Part shown: piece by piece, positions 30,185 through 40,068 of the stretch
Numbering within the stretch: the first letter of the stretch is position 1
Layout: the number at the start of each line of letters is the position of its first letter
From: an uncultured Clostridia bacterium
GTDB taxonomy: Bacteria; Bacillota; Clostridia; TANB77; CAG-508
Assembly (NCBI GenBank): GCA_948502395.1
Contig: CAOPES010000001.1
Location: 64,957-128,956 of the forward strand
Length of the DNA stretch: 64,000 nt
Direction: 5' to 3'
The notes under the pieces: model-generated
What the model was told of the DNA's origin: nothing
What the model saw: the letters and a program-made list of their open reading frames with translations, nothing else
Databases searched by the model: none
Translations under genes and position numbers: made by a program

Positions 30185-30268
30185 TAGGGTAATCACATAT
30201 TCATAAGGGGAAGGGACATTCCTTGAACCACAGTGAATAGGCTAAAAAGCAAAGGTGTGTCCCTTGTC
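30185..30268 (+). repeat. about 85-nt structured repeat element, copy D (5' of rpsE)
   Basis: Sequence GGGTAATCACATATTCATAAGGGGAAGGGACATTCCTTGAACCACAGTGAATAGGCTAAAAAGCAAAGGTGTGTCCCTTGTCG. Confidence 0.65.
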
Positions 30269-30299
30269 GAAAAAGAAAAAGGAGGAAAAACAAAGACTC

Positions 30300-30785
30300 A
30301 TGGAAGAAAGAAATGAATTAAAAGAAAAAGTTGTTGCTATCAACAGAGTTGCAAAAGTTGTTAAAGGTGGTAGAACTTTTAGATTTAGTGCAGTAGTAGT
30401 TGTTGGAGACGAAAACGGTCACGTTGGAGTTGGAAATGGTAAAGCAGCCGAAGTTCCAGATGCTATCAGAAAAGCAATCCAAGAAGCTAAAAAGAATTTA
30501 GTAGAAGTACCAATTGTTGAAACAACAGTACCACACGAATTTGTTGGAACTTTTGGTAGTGCAAAAGTTATGTTAAAACCAGCTGCTATCGGTACTGGAG
30601 TTATCGCTGGAGGAAGCGTTAGACCAGTATTAGAGCTTGCAGGATATAAAAACATCAGAACAAAAGTTATTGGAACAAACAATCCAAGAAACGTTGTTTA
30701 TGCTACAATTGAAGGATTAAAATCAATGCAAACACTTGAAAGCGTAGCTAAAAAAAGAGGTAAAAAAGTAGAAGAGATTTTATAA
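30300..30785 (+). CDS. rpsE: 30S ribosomal protein S5
   Basis: [18 protein letters not shown]. The start is taken at ATG 30300 after RBS aaaggagg; the track ORF extends upstream through element D. Confidence 0.9.
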   Translation: MEERNELKEKVVAINRVAKVVKGGRTFRFSAVVVVGDENGHVGVGNGKAAEVPDAIRKAIQEAKKNLVEVPIVETTVPHEFVGTFGSAKVMLKPAAIGTGVIAGGSVRPVLELAGYKNIRTKVIGTNNPRNVVYATIEGLKSMQTLESVAKKRGKKVEEIL

Positions 30786-30822
30786 GAAAATACAAATAAA
30801 AGAAGAGGAGGTGCAAGCTCAA

Positions 30823-31257
30823 ATGAAATTAGACGATTTAAAACCAACTGCAAAAAAAGTAAAAAGAAATAGAGTAGGTCGTGGAATGGCTTCTGGAAAC
30901 GGAAAAACATCTGGAAGAGGTCATAAAGGACAAAAAGCAAGAAGTGGTGGTGGAGTAAGAAGAGGCTTCGAAGGAGGTCAAACACCATTATATAGAAGAT
31001 TACCAAAAAGAGGATTTACAAATATTCATGCTAATACTTATACAGAAGTAACATTCAAAATGTTAAATCAATCAAAAGCAACAGATGTTACAGCTGAAAG
31101 TCTATTAGAAGAAGGAATTATAGGAAAAATCAATGATGGTATCGTTGTATTAGCAACAGGAAAATTAGAGAAAAAATTAAATGTTAAAGCTACAAGATTT
31201 ACAGCGAAAGCAAAAGAAGAAATCGAAGCTTTAGGCGGAAAGGCAGAGGTGATTTAA
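30823..31257 (+). CDS. rplO: 50S ribosomal protein L15 (no L30 gene between S5 and L15)
   Basis: MKLDDLKP...[22 protein letters not shown]. Confidence 0.95.
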   Translation: MKLDDLKPTAKKVKRNRVGRGMASGNGKTSGRGHKGQKARSGGGVRRGFEGGQTPLYRRLPKRGFTNIHANTYTEVTFKMLNQSKATDVTAESLLEEGIIGKINDGIVVLATGKLEKKLNVKATRFTAKAKEEIEALGGKAEVI

Positions 31258-32577
31258 TTGTTTAAAACAATAAAAAACGCGTTAAAGACACCTGATGTAA
31301 GAAAAAGATTATTATATACATTGTTATTAATAGTAATATTCAGATTAGGATGCTATATAACAGTACCAGGAGTAAATAGTGTAGCATTAAACGAGGCTAT
31401 GGGAGGAACAAACGGAATTGCAGGATTAATAGATATGATATCAGGAGGAGCTTTCTCAAGATTTTCTGTTTTCGCAATGACAATAAGTCCATACATAACA
31501 GCTTCAATTGTTATTCAATTATTAGCAATGATAATTCCATCTTTAGAAAAATTAACAAAAGAAGGTGGAGAAGAAGGAAGAAAGAAGATAAATAGATATA
31601 CAAAATTCTTAACAATAATACTTGCTGTTGTAGAAGGTATAGGTATTTATCTATCATACAAATCTACAGGAATATTTGTAGACAACACATTCTTAACAGG
31701 GCTACTAGTAGTAACAGGACTTGTAGCAGGTACATCAGTACTAATGTGGTTAGGTGAAGAAATCACAAACAAGGGAATTGGTAATGGAATATCATTATTA
31801 ATTTTCATAGGAATCATATCTAGATTACCAAGCGGAGTAGTAACAGTTTGGAATCTAATAATGACAAGCACAGGATTTAGCACAACAGGATTACTAACAG
31901 CAATAGGAGTTATAATCGGAGCAATAATCTTAGTAGCAGGAGTTGTATTCGTACAACAAGCAGAAAGAAGAGTTCCAGTACAATACTCTAAAAAAGTAGT
32001 AGGAAGAAAAATGGTAGGTGCACAAAGCACACACATTCCATTAAAACTTGCTATGGCAGGAGTAATGCCAGTAATCTTTGCAAGCAGCTTTATGACATTC
32101 CCAGCTATGATTATACAAATATTTGTACAAGATATAGCAAATCAAACAGGATTTTTAGCAGGGTTATATAAATTCTCAATCGCTACATCAACATCAAGTG
32201 TAGGATGGGGATACTCTCTAGCAAACGCACTTGTTTATTTACTATTAATCGTAGCATTCACATTTTTCTATACTTATGCAACATTCAACCCAGCAGAAGT
32301 ATCAAATAATATTAAGAAAAATGGTGGATTTATTCCAGGAATTAGAGCTGGAAAACCAACAACAGAATACTTATCATCAATCATATCAAAACTAACATGG
32401 TTTGGTGGACTATTCTTAGCAGTAATTGCTATACTTCCAATGTTATTAAGATTTACAAATCTAAACATAGCATTTGGTGGTACATCAATACTAATCGTTG
32501 TAGGAGTTGCATTAGAAACTGTTCAACAATTAGAATCTCAATTAGCAATGAGACACTATAAAGGATTCTTAGAATAA
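31258..32577 (+). CDS. secY: preprotein translocase subunit SecY (TTG start)
   Basis: 439 aa with 10 TM helices, synteny, and the GG.NGIS/IFAGI-type regions. Confidence 0.9.
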   Translation: MFKTIKNALKTPDVRKRLLYTLLLIVIFRLGCYITVPGVNSVALNEAMGGTNGIAGLIDMISGGAFSRFSVFAMTISPYITASIVIQLLAMIIPSLEKLTKEGGEEGRKKINRYTKFLTIILAVVEGIGIYLSYKSTGIFVDNTFLTGLLVVTGLVAGTSVLMWLGEEITNKGIGNGISLLIFIGIISRLPSGVVTVWNLIMTSTGFSTTGLLTAIGVIIGAIILVAGVVFVQQAERRVPVQYSKKVVGRKMVGAQSTHIPLKLAMAGVMPVIFASSFMTFPAMIIQIFVQDIANQTGFLAGLYKFSIATSTSSVGWGYSLANALVYLLLIVAFTFFYTYATFNPAEVSNNIKKNGGFIPGIRAGKPTTEYLSSIISKLTWFGGLFLAVIAILPMLLRFTNLNIAFGGTSILIVVGVALETVQQLESQLAMRHYKGFLE

Positions 32578-32580
32578 AAT

Positions 32581-32682
32581 AAAAATTGCCAGAAGGGACG
32601 GACCTTTTTGGCAATTTTTTGCCACTGGGGACGGACCTTTTTGGCAAAAAATTGCCAAAAAGGTCCGTCCCCAGTGGCAAGA
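32581..32682. repeat. long perfect palindrome / GGGGACGGACC repeat element (probable strong terminator)
   Basis: Sequence gccactggggacggacctttttggcaaaaaattgccaaaaaggtccgtccccagtggc with flanking partial copies. Related copies occur at 47425-47512, 61657-61712 and 42363-42400. Confidence 0.75.
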
Positions 32683-32758
32683 TTTTTACGTTTTAGTCTA
32701 TTGAAAAAAAAGAAAATTTATGATAATATAATAGGCAAATAAAACCAAAAAAAAGGGG

Positions 32759-33121
32759 ATGTGTAGAAAAATGGATCTACAAGAAGCAAGCAAAGAATTA
32801 AACATTGATTATAATGCTGCGCTAACTAGATTTGGCGGTTCAGAAGCAATATATCAACGTTTTTTAAAAAGATTTTTACAAGAAAATACTTACAATGAAC
32901 TAGAACAAGCATGGGAAAAAGGCGACTACGAAGAAATTGAAAAAAAAGCACACACACTAAAAGGAGTAGCAGGAAATCTAAGTCTAGAAAATTTATTTTC
33001 TATTAGCAATGAACTTGTACAAACAATAAGAAACAAACAATATGAAAACACACAAGAAATCTATCAAAGATTGCAAGAAGACTATAAACACACTATAACA
33101 GTAATTGAAAATATAAATTAA
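32759..33121 (+). CDS. Hpt (histidine phosphotransfer) domain protein
   Basis: 120 aa with an HTLKGVAGNLSLENL motif (H..KG....G). The alternative start is ATG 32771. Confidence 0.65.
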   Translation: MCRKMDLQEASKELNIDYNAALTRFGGSEAIYQRFLKRFLQENTYNELEQAWEKGDYEEIEKKAHTLKGVAGNLSLENLFSISNELVQTIRNKQYENTQEIYQRLQEDYKHTITVIENIN

Positions 33122-33137
33122 TGAAAGGGTGGAAAAA

Positions 33138-35660
33138 ATGCAAAAAATAAGAAAAGAAATAGATAGAAAAAATCACAAATTTTTGATAACAGCTTTTTTA
33201 TTAGTTGGGTTTATAATAGGTGCAGTCCTTTTAATAACTGCAAGTGGGCAATTTACAAATAGTTTAGAAGATATGGGAGGAGAAATACCACAAAAAATAA
33301 AATCAACACAAGAGACATATCTTAGAAAAAATGAAGCATTACTAAAAACGGTAGCAGTAAAAATACAAGAATTAAAAGAAGAAAATAGAAGAAATATAAA
33401 TAAAGACCAATTAGAAAAAGTTATTAACAATTATGGAAAAATATTAGAAGTAGACAATGCAAAAATATATGCAGTAATAGATAATAAATATTATACTGCT
33501 GATAACCAAGAAAACGAACAAGATTATACTAAAACAGAATGGTACCAAAAAGTTAAAGAAACAAATAATGGTGAAATAATATACACAAACGCTAAATATT
33601 CTAGCCAAACAAAAGAGCCAATAGTAACAGCAGCGATGAAAATAGCAGGCACAAATGATATGTTAGCAATAGATATTTTCCCAGAACGAATAGCAACATG
33701 GTCAGATATAGAAATATTCCCTAAGGGTACAAGTTACTACATAACAGATGCAGCAGGAAATATAATACACCAAGGTGATAGTGAGCAAAACACAAAAACA
33801 AACCAAGAAGAGAAACACATAGATGAAATATATTCAAAATTAAAAATTAAAGAAGAAGAAATTGTTAATTTATCTTCACAAGGCGAGAGAATAAGCTCAA
33901 AAGCAGGATTATACACAATAGAAACATATAATGGCTGGAAAATTCTTGTGAAAACATCATATGGAGATATGTTAAACAGCACCAGAGTTATATTAATTGC
34001 TTATTATAGCACAACTGTACTATTCTCAATCTTAATATTATATTTAGCATTTTCAGAAAGAAGAGCAGAAAAAGGAAAATCATTATACTCAAGAATAACA
34101 AATGTGCTAAGTGACTCATATTATGCACTTTACTTAGTAGACTTTGAAAAAGAAGAATACACAATACTAAAAGGTTCAGAATATATACAATCTATTCCAC
34201 AAACAGGAAACTACAACTCATTTGTTGAGTTTACTCAAAATATAATGGAAAAAGAAGCATACGAAGAATTTAAAGAAACATTCTCAATAGAAAATATACG
34301 TAGATTAGTAAGAAATAACGTAAAAAGCTTTGGTGGAGATTTTAGAAGAGCATTTAACAGTGAATTTAAATGGGTAAATGTTAGAATGTTATATAGCGAA
34401 GAATATGTAAGAAAAAATAGAACAGAAGTTATATTTGCATTCCAAGACGCAGATGCAAGAAAAGAGAAAGAACTAGAAGAAAAAGAAGTTTTAAGAGAAT
34501 CACTTACAGCAATGAGATCAGCAACACAAACCAAAAACAGATTTTTCTCAAATATGTCTCATGATATGAGAACACCATTAAACGCAATTATAAACTTCTC
34601 TAACATGGCAATATCACAACCAGACAACAAAGAAAGAGTAATGGACTATTTAAGAAAAATAAACATATCAAGTTCACAATTATTAGAACTTATAAACAAC
34701 ATACTAGAAGTTTCTAGAATTGAAGAAAATATGCCATTAATCACAAAAAATCAATTTAATATTGCAAAATCATTAGAAGATACACTTATGGTATTTAAAG
34801 AACAAGCATTTATACAACAGAAGAACTTTGAAATTGAATGCAACATAAAACATGACTATGTTTTAAGCGACTGGGGAAAAATAAGACAAATTATAAATAA
34901 CATAATATCAAATGCGTTAAAATACACAAGAAAAGGTGGAAATGTACGTGTTGAAATAAATGAAATTGAAGGTAAATTCGTTTCTAAATATACATTCAGA
35001 ATAGTAGACGACGGAATTGGAATGAGTAAAGAATTCTTGAAAAAGATATATGTACCATTTGAAAGAGAAACTAGATTCCACTCAGAAGAAATGAATGGAA
35101 CAGGTCTAGGTATGGTAATTGTACAAAACAATGTACAAACATTAAATGGACAAATAGAAATAAACAGCGAACCAGGAAAAGGTAGCGAGATATATATTGT
35201 ATTACCACTAGAAACAATAAAAGAAATAGAAGAAGAAAATAAAGATGAAAGCAAAGAATATTTACAAGAACTAAAAGGCAAAAGAATTTTACTTGTAGAA
35301 GACAATGAGTTAAATATGGAAATTGCAACAGAAATACTTGAAATGCAAGGAGTAAAAATAACACAAGCATTTGACGGAAAACAAGCAGTAGACATATTTA
35401 GAAACAGTGTAGAAGGATATTTTGACGCAATATTAATGGACGTACAAATGCCTGTTATGGACGGATATGAAGCAACATCATGTATTAGAAAATTACCAAG
35501 AAGAGACGCAAGAAGCGTAGTAATATTAGCAGTTACAGCAAATGCCTTTGCAGATGATATAATTCAAGCAGAAAAAGCTGGAATGAACGAACATATATCA
35601 AAACCAATAGACTTCAAAGAATTACAAAAAGCATTAACAAAGTTTATGAAGAAAGGATAG
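33138..35660 (+). CDS. hybrid sensor histidine kinase / response regulator (two TM helices flanking an extracytoplasmic sensor domain; HisKA-HATPase-REC)
   Basis: H-box FFSNMSHDMRTPLNAI. GHKL N, G1 and G2 boxes (NALKYT, DDGIGM, GTGLGM). A C-terminal receiver domain (LLVEDNELN...ILMDVQMPVMDG...KPI) is also present. Confidence 0.85.
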   Translation: MQKIRKEIDRKNHKFLITAFLLVGFIIGAVLLITASGQFTNSLEDMGGEIPQKIKSTQETYLRKNEALLKTVAVKIQELKEENRRNINKDQLEKVINNYGKILEVDNAKIYAVIDNKYYTADNQENEQDYTKTEWYQKVKETNNGEIIYTNAKYSSQTKEPIVTAAMKIAGTNDMLAIDIFPERIATWSDIEIFPKGTSYYITDAAGNIIHQGDSEQNTKTNQEEKHIDEIYSKLKIKEEEIVNLSSQGERISSKAGLYTIETYNGWKILVKTSYGDMLNSTRVILIAYYSTTVLFSILILYLAFSERRAEKGKSLYSRITNVLSDSYYALYLVDFEKEEYTILKGSEYIQSIPQTGNYNSFVEFTQNIMEKEAYEEFKETFSIENIRRLVRNNVKSFGGDFRRAFNSEFKWVNVRMLYSEEYVRKNRTEVIFAFQDADARKEKELEEKEVLRESLTAMRSATQTKNRFFSNMSHDMRTPLNAIINFSNMAISQPDNKERVMDYLRKINISSSQLLELINNILEVSRIEENMPLITKNQFNIAKSLEDTLMVFKEQAFIQQKNFEIECNIKHDYVLSDWGKIRQIINNIISNALKYTRKGGNVRVEINEIEGKFVSKYTFRIVDDGIGMSKEFLKKIYVPFERETRFHSEEMNGTGLGMVIVQNNVQTLNGQIEINSEPGKGSEIYIVLPLETIKEIEEENKDESKEYLQELKGKRILLVEDNELNMEIATEILEMQGVKITQAFDGKQAVDIFRNSVEGYFDAILMDVQMPVMDGYEATSCIRKLPRRDARSVVILAVTANAFADDIIQAEKAGMNEHISKPIDFKELQKALTKFMKKG

Positions 35661-35664
35661 CCAT

Positions 35665-36634
35665 ATGGAAAAAAATCATGAACTAAAAAGATATAATATA
35701 AAGCCTATCAGAGAACTTACACAAGTTGAAATAGAGCAAATTGCAAGAGAAGTTATAAAGAAAATAGAGACAATAATGGTTGATTTTGACGGAAACTATA
35801 TGTATGAGCATATCGTAAAATCAAAAATGTATTTAGCAAAAATACCAGAACAATATACAAATGTTAATTATATAGTTTCTACAAACTCAATTTATATTAG
35901 AGATGAAGAAAACATAAAAGAAATAGATGAAATAATGTTTCATGAAATAATTCACTACATACAATGCAACCAAGAAAACAACATAGGGGCAATGCCAGAA
36001 CAAATGGGACTATGCAAATTACACGGATATATAATAACTGGCCTTGCCATAAACGAGGTTGCTATACAACTAATAATTTCACTTGTATTTAACAACAAAC
36101 AAGAAAACACAAACTACTTTGGAATAAAAGTAAAAGCAATTCAAAATAAATCTTTCCCAATCTTGTGCGCATTATTACAGCAAATAACATATGTACTAGG
36201 TTACAAAGAATTGTTGACAAGTATATTAGAAAATACAGACGATTTTAAAGAAGCTTTTGAAAAATTTGCAGGGAAGAAATCATATGACTTTTTAAGAAAT
36301 TCATTTGACAAAATGATGAATGCAAGAGACAAAATTGCTAGCGATAGAAGAGCTTTAAAAAAAGAGAAAAACATAAAAAATAGAAGAATGATTGAAAAAA
36401 GAATAAAAATATACACTCGGAGAAATCCAAAATCACTTTTTAGCAGTACAAAAATTGTGCTATACAGAATATTTTAAACCATTGTTTAAAAAAGTAAAAA
36501 ATAAGGAAGATTTAAAAAAATTAAAAGAAGAAATTCTTAGGTATGATAGTCATATAGGTCAAGTAGGCGAAAAAAATGAATTTGTAATTTATACTCAAAA
36601 ACAAATTCAAAAATTAGATAAAAAATTTAAATAA
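35665..36634 (+). pseudogene. HExxH-motif protein (putative zinc metallopeptidase-like), interrupted by a +1 frameshift at about 36418
   Basis: The 270-aa ORF (35665-36477) contains MFHEIIHYIQ. Removing the single C at 36418 (actCggag) extends the reading frame to a stop at 36632-36634. Confidence 0.5.
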
Positions 36635-36809
36635 ATATATTTAGTATTGTTAATACAGCTCCAGCAAATATGGATTTGAAACTAACTGTTAAGCTTTTGT
36701 TGAATACTTTGTATGTTGTTTGAATTTGATATTCTTTTCTGATTGTTAATGCTAAACAGTTATTTTGGAAAAGAGCTTGATTTGTTTCATCTTCATATAC
36801 TAGTGACAT
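36627..36809 (-). CDS. hypothetical small protein (60 aa)
   Basis: Minus-strand ORF MSLVYEDETNQALF... preceded by RBS ggaggtataaat. The track ORF 36627-37103 is an over-extension antisense to the adk start. Confidence 0.3.
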   Translation of the reverse strand: MSLVYEDETNQALFQNNCLALTIRKEYQIQTTYKVFNKSLTVSFKSIFAGAVLTILNIFI

Positions 36810-36987
36810 ATTTATACCTCCATCTATTTTTGCTTTACAAAAATAATTATAACATATAATGATATAAACTGTAAATATGTGATTGACAAAATAGTTCAAA
36901 TGAGCTAAAATATAAATGTTAAAAAAAGGAATTAAGCCTCTAACAAAATTAGGGGCAAAATTTTTTGACAAGGAGGATATAAAAAAT

Positions 36988-37656
36988 ATGAATATTATCA
37001 TGTTAGGAGCACCAGGAACAGGGAAAGGAACAATTGCGGGAATTTTAGAGAAAAAACTAAAAATACCACAAGTATCAACAGGAGACATTTTTAGAAAACA
37101 CATGAAAGAAGGAACAGAACTAGGAAAGCTAGCAGAAAGCTATATATCAAAAGGAGCATTAGTTCCAGATGATGTAACAATAGGCTTAGTAGAAGACAGA
37201 CTAAAAGAAAAAGACGTACAAAGCGGAATTATACTAGACGGTTTCCCAAGAACAGTAAAACAAGCCGAAGAACTAGATAAAATGTTAGAATCAGAAAATA
37301 AAAAAGTAGATATAGTAATAAATTTAACAACACCAGAAGAAGAAATAATAGAAAGAATAGTAAATAGAAGAGTATGCTCAAACCAAGAATGTAAAACAAT
37401 TTTCAACTTACAACTAAACCCACCAAAACAAGAAGGAATATGCGACAAATGCGGTTCAGAGCTAGTGCAAAGAAAAGATGATACAGTAGAAACTGTAAAA
37501 TCAAGATTAAATAGCTATTTTGAGCAAACAAGCCCACTTGTAGAATATTACGAGAAAAAAGGAAAGTTATATTCAGCAGTAGTTAGCAAAAGTATCAACA
37601 AATTGGGGAAAGATGTAGCAGAAGACGTAGTTAAATATATAGAAGAAAATTTTTAA
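36988..37656 (+). CDS. adk: adenylate kinase
   Basis: MNIIMLGAPGTGKGT with the zinc lid C..C...C..C. The start follows RBS caaggagga. Confidence 0.95.
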   Translation: MNIIMLGAPGTGKGTIAGILEKKLKIPQVSTGDIFRKHMKEGTELGKLAESYISKGALVPDDVTIGLVEDRLKEKDVQSGIILDGFPRTVKQAEELDKMLESENKKVDIVINLTTPEEEIIERIVNRRVCSNQECKTIFNLQLNPPKQEGICDKCGSELVQRKDDTVETVKSRLNSYFEQTSPLVEYYEKKGKLYSAVVSKSINKLGKDVAEDVVKYIEENF

Positions 37657-37756
37657 ATATAATATGAAGAAAATTAAGTAATATAAAATTTTTATAAGCT
37701 TAGCTTATACTAAATTAAAGACAATAAGTAAAGAATTAGAAAGAAGGCGTCAAAAA

Positions 37757-38530
37757 ATGGTAACAATCAAATCAAAAAAAGAAATAGAACTAATGAGAGA
37801 AGCATGTAGAGTTGTAGCCGTTTTATACGACAAACTAGAAAAAGAAATAAAACCAGGGATGTCAACATGGGAATTAGACCAAATAGCAGAAAAAATAATA
37901 AGAGCAGAAGGTGCAATTCCAGCAGAAAAAGGATATGATATCGGAATAAAAGGAATCCCGCCATATCCAGCATCAATATGTGTATCAATCAATGACGAAG
38001 TAATACACGGAGTTCCATCAAAAAACAAAATTATAAAAGACGGAGACATAGTAAGTATAGACACAGTAGCTTTAAAAAATGGATTTAATGGAGATGCAGC
38101 AAGAACATTTATGATAGGAAATGTATCAAAAGAAGCAAAAAGACTAGTAGAAGTAACAAAACAAGCATTTTTTGAAGGAATAAAATATGCAAAACCAGGA
38201 TACAGAATTGGTGACGTATGTCACGCAATTGGAGAATATGTTCATTCACAAGGATATTCAGTAGTAAGAGAATTCCAAGGACATGGAATTGGTAGAGAAA
38301 TGCACGAAGACCCAGGAATTCCAAATTACGGAAAAGCAGGAAAAGGAATTAGACTAGAACCAGGTATGACCCTTGCGATAGAACCAATGGTTATACAAGG
38401 AAAGCCTAATATTTTAGAGCTTGACGACGGTTGGACAATCATAACAGAAGACGGTTCTTTATCAGCTCATTATGAAAATACAATTTTAATTACAGAAAAA
38501 GAACCAGAAGTGTTGACAATCCTTAAATGA
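37757..38530 (+). CDS. map: methionine aminopeptidase type I
   Basis: Synteny after adk. 257 aa with conserved metal-binding residues (D..D..H..E..E pattern). Confidence 0.9.
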   Translation: MVTIKSKKEIELMREACRVVAVLYDKLEKEIKPGMSTWELDQIAEKIIRAEGAIPAEKGYDIGIKGIPPYPASICVSINDEVIHGVPSKNKIIKDGDIVSIDTVALKNGFNGDAARTFMIGNVSKEAKRLVEVTKQAFFEGIKYAKPGYRIGDVCHAIGEYVHSQGYSVVREFQGHGIGREMHEDPGIPNYGKAGKGIRLEPGMTLAIEPMVIQGKPNILELDDGWTIITEDGSLSAHYENTILITEKEPEVLTILK

Positions 38531-38615
38531 TGATGTATAATATAGTAGTTATTATGTGTAATTGCCAAATTTTACATAATGACTACTAAAAAACTCTTAA
38601 TAGGAGGGGAAAAAA

Positions 38616-38834
38616 TTGGCAAAAGAAGATGTTATAGAAGTAGAAGGCACAGTAGTAGAAGCCTTACCAAACACAAACTTCAAGGTAGAACTTGAAAATG
38701 GACATCAAATATTAGCTCATATATCAGGTAAATTAAGAATGAACTATATTAAAATCTTACCTGGGGACAAGGTAAAAGTAGAACTTTCACCATATGACTT
38801 AACAAGAGGAAGAATTACATGGAGAGCTAAATAA
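38616..38834 (+). CDS. infA: translation initiation factor IF-1
   Basis: [19 protein letters not shown]...[16 protein letters not shown]. Confidence 0.95.
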   Translation: MAKEDVIEVEGTVVEALPNTNFKVELENGHQILAHISGKLRMNYIKILPGDKVKVELSPYDLTRGRITWRAK

Positions 38835-38898
38835 ACAAATGAAGTAAAAAATTAACCCAAAAATATATTAACAAAGCAAACCAAGGAGGTGCTAGGTA

Positions 38899-39012
38899 AT
38901 GAAAGTAAGACCATCAGTAAAACCAATATGCGATAAATGCAAAGTAATAAAAAGAAAAGGTGTAATTAGAGTAATATGCGAAAACCCTAAACACAAACAA
39001 AGACAAGGTTAA
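38899..39012 (+). CDS. rpmJ: 50S ribosomal protein L36
   Basis: [37 protein letters not shown]. 37 codons, not in the ORF track (too short). Confidence 0.9.
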   Translation: MKVRPSVKPICDKCKVIKRKGVIRVICENPKHKQRQG

Positions 39013-39217
39013 TTCCTTAAACAAGTTAACAACACAAATTAGGTAGCGGCTGTGAACCCTGAAAAACATTTTAGGGGATACATATCAAATTTGTGTTTAT
39101 ATATATGTTTTGAAGAATTCCAAAGCGGCTAGAGTAAACGCTAGTGCATTTCACCTTTGGAAAGCTAAAAACAACTAATAATAAAAACAAAAAAATATTT
39201 TGGAGGTGCAAAAAAAT

Positions 39218-39586
39218 ATGGCTCGTATAGCAGGAGTAGACTTACCTAAAGAAAAAAGAGTAGAAATAGGACTTACATACATTTATGGAATAGGTGTATC
39301 AAGCTCTAGAAAAATTCTTGAAAAAGCTGGAGTAAACCCAGATACTAGAATAAAAGACTTAACAGATGATCAAGTAAACGATATAAGAAAAGTAATTGAC
39401 GAAGCTTATACAGTTGAAGGTGATCTAAGAAGAGAAGTAGCATTAAACATCAAAAGACTTACAGAAATTGGATGTTACAGAGGTTTAAGACATAGAAAAG
39501 GATTACCAGTTAGAGGTCAAAGAACTAAAACTAATGCTAGAACTAGAAAAGGTCCTAGAAAATTAGTTAGTAAGAGTAAAAAATAG
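39218..39586 (+). CDS. rpsM: 30S ribosomal protein S13
   Basis: [26 protein letters not shown] after RBS ggaggtg. Confidence 0.95.
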   Translation: MARIAGVDLPKEKRVEIGLTYIYGIGVSSSRKILEKAGVNPDTRIKDLTDDQVNDIRKVIDEAYTVEGDLRREVALNIKRLTEIGCYRGLRHRKGLPVRGQRTKTNARTRKGPRKLVSKSKK

Positions 39587-39611
39587 ATAAAATCAAGGAG
39601 GAAGATGCAAA

Positions 39612-40007
39612 ATGGCTAAAAACGTAACAACAAAAAAAGTAGCTAGAAGAAATAGAAAAAACATCGAAAAAGGTGCAGCACATATTCATTCTAGTTTTAA
39701 TAATACAATAGTTACAATCACAGATACACAAGGAAATGCAATAGCATGGGGAAGTGCTGGAGAACTAGGATACAAAGGTTCAAGAAAAAGCACACCATTT
39801 GCCGCAGGTCAAGTTGCAGAAACAGCTGCAAAAGCTGCAATGGAACATGGTTTAAAATCAGTTGAAGTATTTGTTAAAGGACCAGGAGCTGGTAGAGAAG
39901 CTGCAATCAGAGCACTTCAAACAGCAGGTTTAGAAATAAGTGCAATAAAAGACGTAACACCAATACCACACAACGGATGTAGACCACCAAAAAGAAGAAG
40001 AGTGTAA
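39612..40007 (+). CDS. rpsK: 30S ribosomal protein S11
   Basis: [16 protein letters not shown] motif. Confidence 0.95.
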   Translation: MAKNVTTKKVARRNRKNIEKGAAHIHSSFNNTIVTITDTQGNAIAWGSAGELGYKGSRKSTPFAAGQVAETAAKAAMEHGLKSVEVFVKGPGAGREAAIRALQTAGLEISAIKDVTPIPHNGCRPPKRRRV

Positions 40008-40068
40008 AATAAACGAAATATAAACGGGAGAAAAGAAAATCCCACTGTCAAAAGAAAGGAGTAAAAAA

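Noticed and set aside
30786-30822. Missed rpmD (L30) between rpsE and rplO
   Set aside because: Only 37 nt separate the two genes, so there is no room for a 60-codon gene. The absence is real within this window.
36916-36987. ORF-track N-terminal extension of adk (MLKKGIKPLTKLGAKFFDKEDIKN-) and the 158-aa antisense ORF 36627-37103
   Set aside because: Adk proteins start at MNIIMLGAPG. A good RBS (caaggagga) precedes ATG 36988. The extension has no homology. The long antisense ORF overlaps the adk start and is only credible in its last 60 codons (reported separately with low confidence).
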